64,000 nt of DNA from Wickerhamiella versatilis (Eukaryota). Each line of letters opens with the position of its first letter. The first letter of the stretch is position 1. The DNA is taken from positions 310,001 through 374,000 of the forward strand of contig JAQOWU010000003.1 of the NCBI GenBank assembly GCA_030867685.1. The letters are read 5' to 3'. Shown here piece after piece: positions 61,377 through 64,000 of this stretch. The notes below the pieces were generated by a model. The model saw only the letters and a list, made by a program, of their open reading frames with translations, did no database searches and was not told the DNA's origin. The translations under genes were made by a program, and so were the position numbers.

Positions 61377-62972
61377 TTACTTTGTGGAGGGTGTCTCCTG
61401 GAACAAATAACCTTCTGAAAGAACGCCGGTGTCACTCCAGCTACCATTCTCGAACCTTTGCAGGGGGTCGCATTCTGCCTTCAACCTGCGTTCACGAATT
61501 CTCTCAACCATCCATCCCGAATCCACTGGTTTATTATACCCCTTTTTCTTGGAATTGATTGCAGAACCACGATAAACGACGCCAAGCTCCAATTGGCAAT
61601 GACCATCTTCATATACCCATAGCAAACAATTTGAATCCTTCTTGCATTCCTCAACACACAGTTGTTTACTATGGGCCAACTCGCCATCCGTGAATGTGCG
61701 GGCAGTTCCATCCACCCAGGGCCCACCCCTATGTTGCATCACTGCATTCCAACCCTGAAGCTCATCGACAACGTACGGCATAATAAAGTCACGATAGATA
61801 TCCGCAAACGTCACATGACTTTTGGAGAGAGGAATGCTTTGTTCGTATTCATATATCAAATCTACCTCGCTCGGGGTAATATGATGCCATGAAAAGAAAG
61901 GCAAGCACCACCCCGAAGGACCAACAGCAATATCTCTGGTATTTGACCCTTGAAATGGTATATCGTAAAATGCATGTTGACCCCATGGCATTTCAACCAA
62001 AAGCTCATCTACATACTGATAAAGCATAACAGCAACCAGCGCATCTCCTGCAATATTGGGATCTGCCAAATCCATAAATTCATCTAGCACCATATCCATT
62101 CGGCTACGGTCTGAATGAGGATCTGGGCCAAACATAGCACTCATAGCACCCCGACTCACAGCAACGCCAGAGCCACCATGAGCAAACTTAATTTCCACTT
62201 TCTCGCCTTTCTTGTTACGAGCTCCCTGCACCCAGTCAGCTGCTCGGCCAATGTAGTGAGGCTCGGAAGAGTTGTAGCTCCTTAAATGTTCAAGCAGGCC
62301 CATTTGCAACATATAAGTATCCGCATCGATAAATACAAACCATTCCGTATCTGACGGTGCATTAATCCAAGCATGAGCTAGCATAGGTATGTTTTTGTAC
62401 TTGTCAAGATGCCAGCCCGGATAGCCATTAAGATCATCCAGCTCCCACATCCAGTGGTTCTCTAATGCTTCTCTGAGGTCAAAATAGTTTCCAAGATTGG
62501 AGCGATGTTTTTCCAATAAGGCCTCAGGCAACCACTTTAAAATATCAATAACGGGAACGCCACAAATTTCAGTTTCGACCTCAGCATATACTGCATGATG
62601 TGGCCACCTCCGGAGAGTGGTACGTATATGGGGAGGGAGTCTCTCCTGGATCACCGTTGATCCACTTTTCAACATCATAAAAACCTTATCTGCATAAGGG
62701 TCAAGTGGCCCATCAGAGACATCTTGATTAGGCACAAGCCCTGCATAATGAAAGAGAGATTTCTGTGGCCCTGATTCCATGGGGCGTACAAGAGAGGACC
62801 CATCCCGACCCTCATCCGAAGAACCACCCTCATTTTCTGGATTTGGAGCTTCTGATTTTGGGGTCGTAAGGTGAAATCTCCTACCACTCGGGATCCACAT
62901 ACTATTCAGAAGCACAAGGAGAATGCCCACTACAACTATAGTGGTCAGTACCGTGATTCTCCTGCTCAACAT
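61377..62972 (-). CDS. GT31-family glycosyltransferase (fringe/GfsA-like) with C-terminal Cys-rich module
   Basis: ATG 62972 (MLSRRITVL, type II TM); GWHLDKYKNIPML, WFVFIDADTY, FAHGGSG, WCLPFFSWHH, C..EC..D..CLLW.Y..G.C. Confidence 0.88.
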   Translation of the reverse strand: MLSRRITVLTTIVVVGILLVLLNSMWIPSGRRFHLTTPKSEAPNPENEGGSSDEGRDGSSLVRPMESGPQKSLFHYAGLVPNQDVSDGPLDPYADKVFMMLKSGSTVIQERLPPHIRTTLRRWPHHAVYAEVETEICGVPVIDILKWLPEALLEKHRSNLGNYFDLREALENHWMWELDDLNGYPGWHLDKYKNIPMLAHAWINAPSDTEWFVFIDADTYMLQMGLLEHLRSYNSSEPHYIGRAADWVQGARNKKGEKVEIKFAHGGSGVAVSRGAMSAMFGPDPHSDRSRMDMVLDEFMDLADPNIAGDALVAVMLYQYVDELLVEMPWGQHAFYDIPFQGSNTRDIAVGPSGWCLPFFSWHHITPSEVDLIYEYEQSIPLSKSHVTFADIYRDFIMPYVVDELQGWNAVMQHRGGPWVDGTARTFTDGELAHSKQLCVEECKKDSNCLLWVYEDGHCQLELGVVYRGSAINSKKKGYNKPVDSGWMVERIRERRLKAECDPLQRFENGSWSDTGVLSEGYLFQETPSTK

Positions 62973-64000
62973 CGTAGGACCTCGCGAACGAAACACAGCC
63001 GTCTTACGTCACGTTTAGTAACGCGACATCTACTGTCAAAAAAGACAACTTTAATACCAAATTCGAATACTATGACCTCCAAGTAGTGCCAATCTGTATA
63101 CTTACTGGGTTTCTATACGTATTTCACTATGACTGCTAGTTGCATGGTCATATCAGAGAAATATTATTCTGTCATACCTAACCCTTAATTATTTCCTGCG
63201 CGAAGATGCCAAGAAAAGCGCGTCAAATATTGGTCTTGCAGAAGATAACAGCCTGATTTTAGGAGAACGAAATAATAATTCTAAGAATAAATATATAACA
63301 ATTGTGAAACGCCTCATTCACCTTGAAACGGTCATACTTCCCTACTACCTGACCAACAATGTATGATAGGCCTCAGAATCCAGACTGATTATTTTAATAT
63401 CATGATTATCACCAGAGTTGCTGACGTATTTATTCGGAGTCTAATCGACCATATCATTTCTAATACTCTTTAAACGTTTGTATTGTAAACTCCACCTAAA
63501 AACGACTCTATACTGACTGCCAACTATAGTTTGAAGGGCTCTAGAAGGAAGCTAGTTCTCAATGTACAAGCTAAAGGTGAAAAATAAATCTGAAAAGATC
63601 ATGTCTGATAAGGAGCCTAATTTGCCCCCGCAGCTTTCGTGTATTAAGAACACACAATATTGATCAAGAAAAAAACTTTGATGATCGATTTTAGGGACGC
63701 ATCATAACTATAACAAACCACTGTATTTTTTTTACGTCTCGAAACCTTGAACTGCCTCCCTTTATATATCGAGCCACTACTTTAGCTATCTTCCCCTTAC
63801 CTTACCCATACGGAACGAATCCAGTTGAATTTCGATCTAACAAATAAGCGGCATAAATACCGGAAGAGTGCCTATACAGTGCATATATAAGGATCCACAA
63901 TTCCAATTTCGTTGTAGTACGTAACTATATTGAGTTAATTCGAACACCAGTCTATGTTTAGATGTGATGCAAGATGCTCTCGTAGCAAACAAACCTAATA

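Noticed and set aside
63000-64000. Telomeric repeats, LTRs or transposon remnants in the long intergenic stretches
   Set aside because: No tandem telomere motif, terminal repeats or transposase/RT fragments recognised here or elsewhere in the window.

Overview
Compact, essentially intron-free eukaryotic DNA from a budding yeast. Evidence: a Zn2Cys6 factor, TOK1, CPS1, FRE/MCO genes and a dispersed 5S rRNA gene. The gene content and many bacterial-type genes suggest an early-diverging lineage such as Wickerhamiella/Starmerella (inference). The window looks accessory or subtelomere-like, with about 31 protein genes, mostly oxidoreductases, transporters and glycosyltransferases. It is bounded by two same-orientation GT31 paralogs. 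The main discovery is an ~11 kb six-gene cluster (13752-24666) that would encode a complete oxidoreductive L-arabinose/pentitol pathway. It comprises a sugar porter (broken by a 13-bp slippage duplication), a bacterial-type xylulokinase XylB, an L-arabitol dehydrogenase, an aldo-keto reductase, a second LAD paralog with xylitol/sorbitol-dehydrogenase-type residues, and a SOU1/LXR-type reductase. Three of its promoters share a TATCCGGGG motif. At least seven genes look bacterial in origin: an MDR dehydrogenase, a PRK12744-like SDR, a small membrane protein, XylB, a long-chain mannitol dehydrogenase, KatG and a beta-hydroxyacid dehydrogenase. Other oddities are an anchorless Fet3-derived oxidase lacking the iron ligands, an Arf lacking Gly2 and the catalytic Gln, and a 4-codon upstream element shared by the GT31 paralogs. 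All family and origin calls come from recalled motifs, not database searches.
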